Of a DNA stretch of 64,000 bases, positions 53,036 to 60,805 are shown in pieces (position 1 is the first letter of the stretch; the number at the start of each line of letters is the position of its first letter). A program made the translations under genes and the position numbers. The notes beneath the pieces were generated by a model that was not told where the DNA came from, ran no database searches, and saw nothing but the letters and a program-made list of their open reading frames with translations. Location: assembly GCA_041665145.1 (NCBI GenBank), contig JBAYJK010000003.1, forward strand, positions 5,177 through 69,176. Reading direction: 5' to 3'. The stretch comes from Patescibacteria group bacterium (lineage in GTDB: Bacteria; Patescibacteriota; Microgenomatia; UBA1406).

Positions 53036-53110
53036 GGTTTTATGTATTAAATTTATAACAAGTGAAGTGTAAGAAAGAATCATTAAATGTATATTAAGAA
53101 AACAGGACAC

Positions 53111-54310
53111 TTATTCGAAGAATTTTCTGTCTTTCAGTTTGGCTGGCAGAAACGGCAGATCTTTTTTCGGGCCGACATAGTTATCTGACCACGTATAATC
53201 TTTTGCGTATCCGAGGTTTTTCATCAGCTTTGTGGGAGCGTTTCTGAGGTGAAGAGGTATGGGTTCGTTTGGCAGGTCATACACAGCCTGTTTTGCTTTT
53301 TGCATTGCGTTTGCGACTGCCCGGGACTTCGGTGCACGGGCAAGGTAAATTGCAATGTGAGCGAGTGTCAATTGTGCTTCGGGCATGCCGATTTTATGTA
53401 CTGCCTCAAAGCCGGCATTTGCCTGAATAAGTGCTCCGCGGTCTGCCAAGCCGATATCTTCAGACGCAAAAATAACCATCCGTCGGGCAATGAACTTCGG
53501 ATCCTCACCATTCTCCAGCATGCGCATCAGATAATACAATGTACCGTCGACACTGCTGCCGCGCATGGACTTGATGAATGCACTGATAATATTGTAGTGT
53601 TCATCCGCCTTTTTGTCGTACAGCCCTGCTGACTTGGTTTGAAAAATATCCTGGACGGTTACCTCGGATATTTTCTTTTCTTTATAGGTAGTAACTGCCA
53701 TCTCGAGAGCATTCAACATAATACGTGCATCTCCGCCTGAAAGGCGTATGAGCAATTCTTCAGCTTGTGGGGTTATGGTTTTTTTGTACTTCCCTACTCC
53801 GTTTACCGTATCCGTTAAGGCACGGTTTATCAGACTGGAAAGTTGTAGAGGTTCGAGGGGTTGCAGAACAAATACCTTGCAGCGGGAAAGAAGGGCTGAG
53901 ATTACCTCAAAGGACGGGTTTTCCGTTGTTGCTCCGATAAGCGTGATGAGTCCCCGTTCGACATGCGGAAGCAATACATCTTGCTGCGCTTTATTCCAGC
54001 GATGGATTTCGTCTATAAACAAAATGGTCTTTTTTTGAAACAACTCATTTTCACGGGCTTTGTTTACGATTTCGACAAGATCCGCTTTGCCGCTCGATAC
54101 ACCGGACAGCATATGAAAGTCGGCGTCTGTTGCTTTGGCAATAAGATACGCAAGTGTGGTCTTGCCGCTTCCCGGAGGACCCCAGAACAATAGGGACACG
54201 AGTGTTTTACTTTCGATCATTTTTCGGAGGATTCCCTTTTTTCCGGCAAGATGATCCTGACCCACCAGATCATCAAGCGTTTGCGGTCGCATGCGATATG
54301 CAAGATTCAT
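53111..54310 (-). CDS. rarA: Replication-associated recombination protein A (MgsA/RarA AAA+ ATPase)
   Basis: 399 aa. It has GPPGSGKTT, FIDEIHRWNKAQQD and a conserved MgsA C-terminal domain. Confidence 0.9.
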   Translation of the reverse strand: MNLAYRMRPQTLDDLVGQDHLAGKKGILRKMIESKTLVSLLFWGPPGSGKTTLAYLIAKATDADFHMLSGVSSGKADLVEIVNKARENELFQKKTILFIDEIHRWNKAQQDVLLPHVERGLITLIGATTENPSFEVISALLSRCKVFVLQPLEPLQLSSLINRALTDTVNGVGKYKKTITPQAEELLIRLSGGDARIMLNALEMAVTTYKEKKISEVTVQDIFQTKSAGLYDKKADEHYNIISAFIKSMRGSSVDGTLYYLMRMLENGEDPKFIARRMVIFASEDIGLADRGALIQANAGFEAVHKIGMPEAQLTLAHIAIYLARAPKSRAVANAMQKAKQAVYDLPNEPIPLHLRNAPTKLMKNLGYAKDYTWSDNYVGPKKDLPFLPAKLKDRKFFE

Positions 54311-54354
54311 GGTGAAAACATTTTAGCACTTTTTAAAGTTGCAAGTGAATGATC

Positions 54355-54438
54355 GTTCACCTGTCACATGTCGCGCGTCACGGGTCACGAGTCTAAGAGT
54401 CTGAATGTCTGAATGTCTGAATGTCTAAGTGTCTAGGG
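54355..54438. repeat. R10: GTCT-orientation array between the NUDIX gene and rarA
   Basis: The units are gtcacat gtcgcgc gtcacgg gtcacga gtctaaga gtctgaat x3 gtctaagt gtctaggg. The last unit supplies the NUDIX stop codon (reverse complement of CTA 54433..54435). Confidence 0.9.
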
Positions 54439-54915
54439 CTGCTCAATTGTCAATGAAAGGAGTTTGTTGCCGTATTCGTACTCGGCTGAATAAGACACCG
54501 GAGGTTTGGTTTCGTCAAGCAGTATGGGTAATACCGTTTTTAATTCGGCAAGCAGACTGTCTTTTTGCAATATTTCTTCCTGAGTAAGCCAGACAAATTC
54601 CCCGTCTCCGTTTGGCTTGAGCGTTCCACTATCATAATCGGCAAGTAACAAGTGAAAAAAGAATTCCTCTTTCAAGTCGCCGATGTAGGCATTTCCTATT
54701 GCACGAACACGAAGGTTTTTAACTTTCAAACCGGTTTCTTCCATAACCTCCCTGCGCGCACAAGCGTACAGACCTTCATTAAATTCCAAATGTCCGCCTG
54801 CTGCCATCCATACGTTCGGCATGATCCGTTTTGTGGGGTTGCGGTGCAACATGAGGTATTTATTTCCCTTCTTAATAAAGCACTCGAGGGTAACGGCAAT
54901 ATTGCGGTCTTTCAT
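54433..54915 (-). CDS. NUDIX hydrolase
   Basis: 160 aa. The NUDIX box is GGHLEFNEGLYACARREVMEETG. The ATG lies 4 nt downstream of the tRNA-Pro 3' end. Confidence 0.8.
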   Translation of the reverse strand: MKDRNIAVTLECFIKKGNKYLMLHRNPTKRIMPNVWMAAGGHLEFNEGLYACARREVMEETGLKVKNLRVRAIGNAYIGDLKEEFFFHLLLADYDSGTLKPNGDGEFVWLTQEEILQKDSLLAELKTVLPILLDETKPPVSYSAEYEYGNKLLSLTIEQP

Positions 54916-54919
54916 TATG

Positions 54920-54993
54920 TCGGAGTGGGCGGACTTGAACCGCCGACCTCACGCTCCCAAAGCGTGCGTTCTAGCCATCTGAACTACACTCCG
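54920..54993 (-). tRNA. tRNA-Pro (anticodon UGG)
   Basis: Hand-folded: CGGAGTG-TA-GTTC-AGATGGCTA-GAAC-G-CACGC-TTTGGGA-GCGTG-AGGTC-GGCGG-TTCAAGT-CCGCC-CACTCCG-A. It is 74 nt. Confidence 0.9.
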
Positions 54994-55019
54994 AATGATG
55001 CATTATACTATACTTTTCG

Positions 55020-55763
55020 CTAAGGAAGTGCGTGGAAATTTATTTTTTTGTTTAAAACAGCCTCGCGGTATGGATAAAGGCTTATGTGGTACTTGCGCTC
55101 AAAATAAGTAAAGGTATCCAATATATGTGACTGAAGAGCTGGAAAAAAAGGAAGCGCAACATTTGCCAGGTAATGCGCCGCATTATCGACTTGGGCACTG
55201 ATTTCGTCATGTTCGAGTCTTTGCCGACTCCCGGGATATTGATTTCCCATAGCTGCGTCTTCGATATCGCCAACAATAGTAGACAACGTACCATTAGGTG
55301 TCGCAATCAAAAAATAGACAGAGAATACAAATCTGAAATTGTTCTGTATTGTCAAATCCACTAATTTTCTAAACTCATCAACAAAAACATCGGGGTTTTG
55401 TACCGGTTTATTTCGAGTACTTGTTGTCCACAGGTGTGCAATAGAATCGATGTCAACATTTTCTTCCGTTGAGCCATCGGGCTGTCGTGCAAATTTTAGA
55501 AAATCGGTAGCGGATACAACAAGGTTTTTCCCGCCGTTACTGACGTCATTCATCCTAATTTCGTGTTTATCAAAGTCAGGTTCGTATTTGTCAAAGGTTG
55601 GAATATGTGCAGCTAATAGCGCATTATAAACTGATAAAACAGAACGTACTGCACCGCTAGACCAATGAGAAAGCCGTTTTATGCACTCACCGTCTTTATT
55701 CCGAAATATTGTTCCATCCGCACCTCTGGGCATCACGAGTTCGACTGAGGTTTCGTCAAGCAT
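55020..55763 (-). CDS. Hypothetical protein encoded between tRNA-Leu and tRNA-Pro
   Basis: The start is set at ATG 55763 (MLDETSVELV...). The track's GTG start at 55805 would overlap tRNA-Leu. No family was recognised. Confidence 0.5.
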   Translation of the reverse strand: MLDETSVELVMPRGADGTIFRNKDGECIKRLSHWSSGAVRSVLSVYNALLAAHIPTFDKYEPDFDKHEIRMNDVSNGGKNLVVSATDFLKFARQPDGSTEENVDIDSIAHLWTTSTRNKPVQNPDVFVDEFRKLVDLTIQNNFRFVFSVYFLIATPNGTLSTIVGDIEDAAMGNQYPGSRQRLEHDEISAQVDNAAHYLANVALPFFPALQSHILDTFTYFERKYHISLYPYREAVLNKKINFHALP

Positions 55764-55764
55764 G

Positions 55765-55847
55765 TGCCGGGGGCGGGACTCGGACCCGCACGACCGTGAG
55801 GTCACAGGATTTTAAGTCCTGCGTGTATACCATTTCACCACCCCGGC
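55765..55847 (-). tRNA. tRNA-Leu (anticodon UAA), long variable arm
   Basis: GCCGGGG-TG-GTG-AAATGGTATA-CAC-G-CAGGA-CTTAAAA-TCCTG-TGACCTCACGGTCGT-GCGGG-TCCGAGT-CCCGC-CCCCGGC-A. The T-loop has C55. Confidence 0.85.
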
Positions 55848-55854
55848 AAATTTA

Positions 55855-55939
55855 AGTCGTAAGTTGTAATAAAGCCTAAAGTTACAAGTTGTAATTCCTT
55901 GCAACTTAGTTAGTTACGGCTTTATTACAACTTACGACT
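55855..55939 (-). terminator. 22-bp perfect inverted repeat (41-nt loop) downstream of ruvB
   Basis: agtcgtaagttgtaataaagcc (55855..55876) pairs with ggctttattacaacttacgact (55918..55939). The loop contains a second small hairpin. There is no clear U-tract. Confidence 0.4.
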
Positions 55940-55979
55940 CGCACCTTACGACTTGTCGTATAATTATAACATTCGGAAA

Positions 55980-56954
55980 TCAGTTCTGTGAAGGTTTCAA
56001 TCCCAAATGATCGTAAGCTTTAGGCGATGCTACTCTTCCCTGAGGAGTTCGCTTGATGAATCCTAATTGCAAGAGATATGGTTCCGTATATTCTTCCAGT
56101 GTTTGCCTGTCTTCGGAAAGCGCAGTCGCAAGTGTTTCAACTCCGACGGGCCCGCCTTCAAACTTTTCGATTAGAACTTTCAAATAGCGTTTATCTTCCG
56201 CAAATAGTCCTTCACTGTCCAGTTCCAATATTCCCCACAGTTTTTCGACAAGTATCTTATTAATCTCTTCAAAGGTGTCGGTTTGCAGCAGGTCACGCGC
56301 GCGCTTGAGAATTCTGTTTGCGATGCGGGGAGTTTTGCGTGAACGTTTGGCAATTTCAAACGCGGCATCTTCACTGATCGGCAGTTTCATCAGTTTCGCG
56401 TTGCGCATGACGATATGCGTGATTTCATCGGGAGTATAGTATTCGAGCCGGAGAATCAGTCCGAACCTGTCCCGCAGAGGAGAAGACAGTAATGCGACGC
56501 GCGTGGTCGCTCCGATAACCGTGATTTTGGGAACGGGCAATCGGACGGTTCGTGCCGCAGGACCTTTACCGATGATTATATCCAGGTGATATTCTTCCAA
56601 AACCGGGTACAGTGCTTCCTCAACCGGTTTCGGCATCCGATGAATTTCATCGATAAACAGGATATCACCATTTTTCAAGTTGGTAAGAATCGCGGCAAGA
56701 TCTCCCGAGCGTTCCATAGCAGGGCCCGAAGTGATTTTTATATCGCCGTTCAGTTCGCGTGCAAGTATGTGTGCAAGTGTTGTTTTCCCGATTCCCGGAG
56801 GTCCGTAGAACAATAAATGTTCCGCGCTTTCGTTTCTTTTTTTTGCCGCATCGATAAAGAGTTGTAAACTTTTTTTTGCTTTTTCCTGCCCGAGATAATC
56901 ACCCAGGGTTTTCGGCCGGAGTTGCACATCGATGTTTGTCGACTCGTCTGCCAT
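55980..56954 (-). CDS. ruvB: Holliday junction helicase RuvB
   Basis: 324 aa. It has GPPGIGKTT, FIDEIHR and a typical RuvB C-terminal winged helix. Confidence 0.95.
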   Translation of the reverse strand: MADESTNIDVQLRPKTLGDYLGQEKAKKSLQLFIDAAKKRNESAEHLLFYGPPGIGKTTLAHILARELNGDIKITSGPAMERSGDLAAILTNLKNGDILFIDEIHRMPKPVEEALYPVLEEYHLDIIIGKGPAARTVRLPVPKITVIGATTRVALLSSPLRDRFGLILRLEYYTPDEITHIVMRNAKLMKLPISEDAAFEIAKRSRKTPRIANRILKRARDLLQTDTFEEINKILVEKLWGILELDSEGLFAEDKRYLKVLIEKFEGGPVGVETLATALSEDRQTLEEYTEPYLLQLGFIKRTPQGRVASPKAYDHLGLKPSQN

Positions 56955-56955
56955 G

Positions 56956-57534
56956 CTATTTCTTATTATTTAATAAATGTAACGCCTCAGTAATTTTTTC
57001 TTCGATTGATTTGTCGGGAGAAATCTTGTCCATTACGGTAAACGCTTCCGGACGAGTAAACCCGAGACTGACAAGTGCCTCTATCAGTGTTTTGTCGTCT
57101 TCAGTAAACGTTACTTTCGGAAGTTTGAATTCCACATCGAACTTGGCCGACAACTCCAACAGAATTTTTTGTGCCGTTTTTTTACCGATACCCGGAATGC
57201 CGGCAAAGTACTGATAATCCTGGGCGCGAACGGCAGTCATCAGCTTTTCAAGTTTGTTATACCCGAGTATGGTCATCCCCGACTTGGGACCAATGCCGGA
57301 AATTGCAATGAGCATATGGAAAACCTTCTGTTCCTCTTTGGTAATAAACCCGAATAGCCGCAGCTCGTCTTCCCGGACGTGTGTATAGATATAAAAAACA
57401 ACAGACTGCTCTATTGTCAAATTGTTGGCGTGGCTAGCGGAAACAAGCACGTTGTAGCAAACGCCGTCTGCAGTTTTTACTAAAACACTCGTGCCTTCGA
57501 TTTCGTCCACCGTCCCATAGAGTTTGCCAATCAT
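56956..57534 (-). CDS. ruvA: Holliday junction DNA-binding protein RuvA
   Basis: 192 aa. The start is MIGKLYGTV. It has HhH motifs ISGIGPK / IPGIGKKTAQ. Confidence 0.9.
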   Translation of the reverse strand: MIGKLYGTVDEIEGTSVLVKTADGVCYNVLVSASHANNLTIEQSVVFYIYTHVREDELRLFGFITKEEQKVFHMLIAISGIGPKSGMTILGYNKLEKLMTAVRAQDYQYFAGIPGIGKKTAQKILLELSAKFDVEFKLPKVTFTEDDKTLIEALVSLGFTRPEAFTVMDKISPDKSIEEKITEALHLLNNKK

Positions 57535-57561
57535 GTGCTAAGTATACATAAATCTAGGGTA

Positions 57562-57690
57562 AATTACACAAATGACAAATTCACAAATATACAAATCAAA
57601 TTCAAAATTAAAATGTTCAAAACGTTTTAATTTTTGTGTATTTATTATTTGAATTTGATTTGATGTTTGTTATTTGAATTTTGTGTAATT
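57562..57690. repeat. Long AT-rich imperfect palindrome (~60-nt arms) between ruvC and ruvA
   Basis: The arms begin and end with aattacacaaa/tttgtgtaatt. The perfect 15-bp core is caaatcaaattcaaa (57592..57606) / tttgaatttgatttg (57648..57662). The centre is aaaacgtttt. Confidence 0.75.
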
Positions 57691-58174
57691 ATTTAAGAAG
57701 TTTGTTCGTAGAAAAATACGTTATTCCGCATGCCAGCGCATCCGCCGTATCATCGAGTTTTATTTTTTCGGTCAGACCAAGAAGAACCATGACCATTTTT
57801 TCCACCTGTTGTTTTTGAGCGCTTCCGTAACCGGTTAATGTTTGCTTAATCTGCGAAGGAGTTACGAATGAAACCGTGAGATTACTTTCTGCGGCGGCAA
57901 GCAGCATCGCTCCCTGTGCTTGGCCGACAGTAATTGCGGTTGTCTGATTCGTATTGAAAAAAACCTGCTCAAGAACCATTGCCGTCGGCTTATACTTTTT
58001 TATCGTTTGTGACAAAAAATCATAAATTATTTTCAGGCGTTGTTCGGTCGGGGTTTTGCTTTTCGTTTCAATGCAACCGTAAGTCAACGGAATCATTTTT
58101 GATTTATCGTACTGCATTACCGCATAGCCGGTTCTTCCGATTCCCGGGTCAAGCGCAAGAATTGTTTCTGGCAT
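57689..58174 (-). CDS. ruvC: Holliday junction resolvase RuvC
   Basis: 161 aa. It has the ILALDPGIGRTGYAV catalytic Asp motif and a C-terminal DDTADALA. Confidence 0.9.
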   Translation of the reverse strand: MPETILALDPGIGRTGYAVMQYDKSKMIPLTYGCIETKSKTPTEQRLKIIYDFLSQTIKKYKPTAMVLEQVFFNTNQTTAITVGQAQGAMLLAAAESNLTVSFVTPSQIKQTLTGYGSAQKQQVEKMVMVLLGLTEKIKLDDTADALACGITYFSTNKLLK

Positions 58175-58183
58175 GGCCTATTT

Positions 58184-58471
58184 TTACTTATGGCTTTCTC
58201 TTTTTACGGTAATCGTGCACTCGGTAAGAATTGCCGCGATTGCTCCGACTGCAGCGAGTACGGGTGCGACAACCGCCCCGACAACCCCAATAGTTACGGG
58301 CACTTCCATTACTGTTTTTCCTTCTTTACTTTTTATGATAATCCGACGCACGTTGCCTTCGTCCACGAGTTCTTTCACTTTATCAACCAGTTCCCTACCA
58401 TGCAGCTTAAAGGATTCCACGCGACTCTTTTGTTTCTTTACCATGTGTATTTTTTTAATCGGGCGAAACAA
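58184..58471 (-). CDS. DUF4342-like small protein
   Basis: 95 aa. VKELVDEGNVRRIIIKSKEGKTVMEVPVTIGVVGAVVAPVLAAVGAIAA is typical of DUF4342. It was preferred over the overlapping plus-strand ORFs. Confidence 0.55.
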   Translation of the reverse strand: MFRPIKKIHMVKKQKSRVESFKLHGRELVDKVKELVDEGNVRRIIIKSKEGKTVMEVPVTIGVVGAVVAPVLAAVGAIAAILTECTITVKRESHK

Positions 58472-58516
58472 GTTTCGCCCCTACTATTAACTATCAACCA
58501 TCAACTATAAACTATA

Positions 58517-58747
58517 TTATATCAATCCTACAAATGAAGCGCCAATGACAACTGCAAGGAGTATCGCCAACATATTTACCATGTCGACAATTTTCCAATT
58601 TTTGGTTGACGAGTGAAAATCTATCAGGAAGTAACCCATAACCAGAAGCAGCACTCCGGTGGTAACCCAACTGAAACCGACGAGCCCGGCGCAAAAAAGA
58701 AGTACGAATAAAAACAGGAAGGCTCCCATCATCTCAACATGTTCCAT
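58517..58747 (-). CDS. Small membrane protein (two TM helices)
   Basis: 76 aa and strongly hydrophobic, on the same strand as its neighbours. Confidence 0.4.
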   Translation of the reverse strand: MEHVEMMGAFLFLFVLLFCAGLVGFSWVTTGVLLLVMGYFLIDFHSSTKNWKIVDMVNMLAILLAVVIGASFVGLI

Positions 58748-58762
58748 GGAAAAATTATAACA

Positions 58763-60034
58763 CTACTGCTGTTTGTACACTTCTCTGATTATCGAATACC
58801 ACTGTGAGTATTCAAGTTTGCTGCTGACGCGTCTAACTATCATTGCTAAACGGTTTTTTACTTCATCTGAGGTAATTCCAAAAATTGCAGCAATCTGATC
58901 TATTGACGCACCTTGTTCATATCTGTAATGCGCGATGTCTTGTAACCATGTGGGCAATCTATTTATAATTTCGTGAATTACCCCGGTCGAGATGTTTCGA
59001 AGAGCATCGAGTTCGATGTCCGGATCACCAATCAGCTGCTCGCCGAGAGTTTCAAATTCAACGGTTAATTCTCCGTCATCGTCACGAGTCTGAGTGCTCC
59101 GTACATCGCTCAGCGATATACCCTGATATCTTCCAAGAATACTAATGAGATGCTGGGTTCGTCTAGCCAATATTAAACGATAGCGATAGGCCTTTTTGCC
59201 CGTTGCAGTCCTGAGGCTTTCTGATACAGAAAGAAGTAATTCAACAGTTGGTCGTGCGACCGGCTTAGTCTTTTTCGAGTTCCTGTAGTCAATGAGAAGT
59301 GATGTCATCAGAAATACATCATCACGCGTAAACACCATTCCTACTTCTTGTTTCAATATATGATACGCCCGGAAGTACATGTGCAAGAGATTGAATTCAC
59401 CCGGAGACAAGTCCGCAAACTCCCTGTTACCTTTTATTTTTCCCTGTGCGAAGAGCGGAATCGAAGCTAAGGCGTAGGTATTAAACTGAATCGGTTCTTT
59501 ACTGCCGTTATGGTGAGGATTGTAGTTATATGCGGCTCTCCACAATCCTTCAAGGCAGAAGTGGGCAATGCTCGAGCGTAATTGCGCATCTACTTTGAAT
59601 TCATCGGGAACCCGCGCGTACGCTTGTCCTGCAAGAGGTAAACTAGCAGTCACTAGAGTGTTTACTGTACGATTCATAATGCGGTAGTACGCCTCGACTC
59701 TTCCAAATACTTCCTCACCAACGGTGGCTCGTATTTTCTGCAAATCTACATTTTTCCTTGGAAGTTTATATGCTTTCCATATCTCTTCTAATCGGTCTCG
59801 TACTTTTGCAATTTTTTCTCCAAGCGCAATTTGTTCTTCTGCAGTTACAAGACGGATGGTACGCGCAGTTTCATAGACCGACCTGAACTCGGGTCTGTTG
59901 AGAGAAGATATGTATGGATTCACTTTTCCAGCGTATTTTTCTGGATCAATAAATAGTCTAGGCAGATCAATAACTGCGTCACTAATTGGACGAAACGGCA
60001 GTTGTGGTAGCGCCCGGTGTTCTGCTGAAGCCAT
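58763..60034 (-). CDS. Divergent sigma-70 family RNA polymerase sigma factor
   Basis: 423 aa. The C-terminal region-4-like HTH is YRYEQGASIDQIAAIFGITSDEVKNRL. The N-terminal regions are highly divergent. TATAAT (reverse complement of 60042..60047) lies 7 nt upstream of the ATG. Confidence 0.55.
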   Translation of the reverse strand: MASAEHRALPQLPFRPISDAVIDLPRLFIDPEKYAGKVNPYISSLNRPEFRSVYETARTIRLVTAEEQIALGEKIAKVRDRLEEIWKAYKLPRKNVDLQKIRATVGEEVFGRVEAYYRIMNRTVNTLVTASLPLAGQAYARVPDEFKVDAQLRSSIAHFCLEGLWRAAYNYNPHHNGSKEPIQFNTYALASIPLFAQGKIKGNREFADLSPGEFNLLHMYFRAYHILKQEVGMVFTRDDVFLMTSLLIDYRNSKKTKPVARPTVELLLSVSESLRTATGKKAYRYRLILARRTQHLISILGRYQGISLSDVRSTQTRDDDGELTVEFETLGEQLIGDPDIELDALRNISTGVIHEIINRLPTWLQDIAHYRYEQGASIDQIAAIFGITSDEVKNRLAMIVRRVSSKLEYSQWYSIIREVYKQQ

Positions 60035-60097
60035 GTCCTATATTATACACTATAGCTCTTGACTTGTTTTTTTCTTAAGTATGTGTAGAATATGCGA

Positions 60098-60799
60098 ATG
60101 ATAAAAACCAAAACCTCCAAACCCAAGAAGTCTGTTATGAATAAAGTAGTACGTGAAACGGTTGTTACGGAACCCGTAATGCCAAAGAAGAACATATTTG
60201 CCATGAACCCGCTTCCCAAGCTTTCCCCTTTTACCTATATCGTCGGTGCTGTCGTGGTAGTGGTTTTGGTCGGTGCGTTGTTTTTTAAGAATCTTTTTGT
60301 CGTTGCACTCGTGAATGGCCAACCGGTCAGTCGCATAGCACTTATACAGGAGCTGGAACGGCTCGGCGGTAAGCAGGCGCTTAATTCACTCGTGACTAAA
60401 ACATTGATTGAACAAGAGGCATCAAAGAAAGGTGTGAAGGTAACGGACGTGGAAATAAACAAAGCGGTCACCGATCTGACTGCCAGTCTCAAAAAACAAG
60501 GTCAGGATTTAGACAAATTACTTGTTGCGCAGGGAATGACGAAAGCAACACTGATCGAACAGATGAGAGTACAGAAAGTTGTCGAGAAATTGTTTGATAA
60601 ACAGGCAGTCGTCAGTGATAAAGATGTCACGGACTATCTGGAAAAAAATAAAGAATCACTTCCGGAAGGTCAGGATCCTGCAACGCTCAGAGACTCCGTG
60701 AAGGATCAACTGAAACAACAAAAGCTTTCGGAGGTATTCCAAACCTGGGTACAAGCATCAGAGAAAAACGCCAAGATATCTTATTTCATAAACTTCTGA
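60098..60799 (+). CDS. SurA-N/PrsA-like periplasmic chaperone domain protein
   Basis: It has a TM anchor, then VNGQPVSRIALIQELERLGGKQALNSLVTKTLIEQEA. The start is set at the second ATG (60098), 6 nt after TAGAAT 60086..60091. Confidence 0.55.
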   Translation: MIKTKTSKPKKSVMNKVVRETVVTEPVMPKKNIFAMNPLPKLSPFTYIVGAVVVVVLVGALFFKNLFVVALVNGQPVSRIALIQELERLGGKQALNSLVTKTLIEQEASKKGVKVTDVEINKAVTDLTASLKKQGQDLDKLLVAQGMTKATLIEQMRVQKVVEKLFDKQAVVSDKDVTDYLEKNKESLPEGQDPATLRDSVKDQLKQQKLSEVFQTWVQASEKNAKISYFINF

Positions 60800-60805
60800 A
60801 CAAGT

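Noticed and set aside
58173-58510. Plus-strand ORFs of 105 and 106 aa lie opposite the DUF4342-like gene.
   Set aside because: The minus-strand reading gives a recognisable DUF4342-type sequence and fits the ruvC-containing minus-strand operon. The plus-strand ORFs have no promoter and an odd composition.
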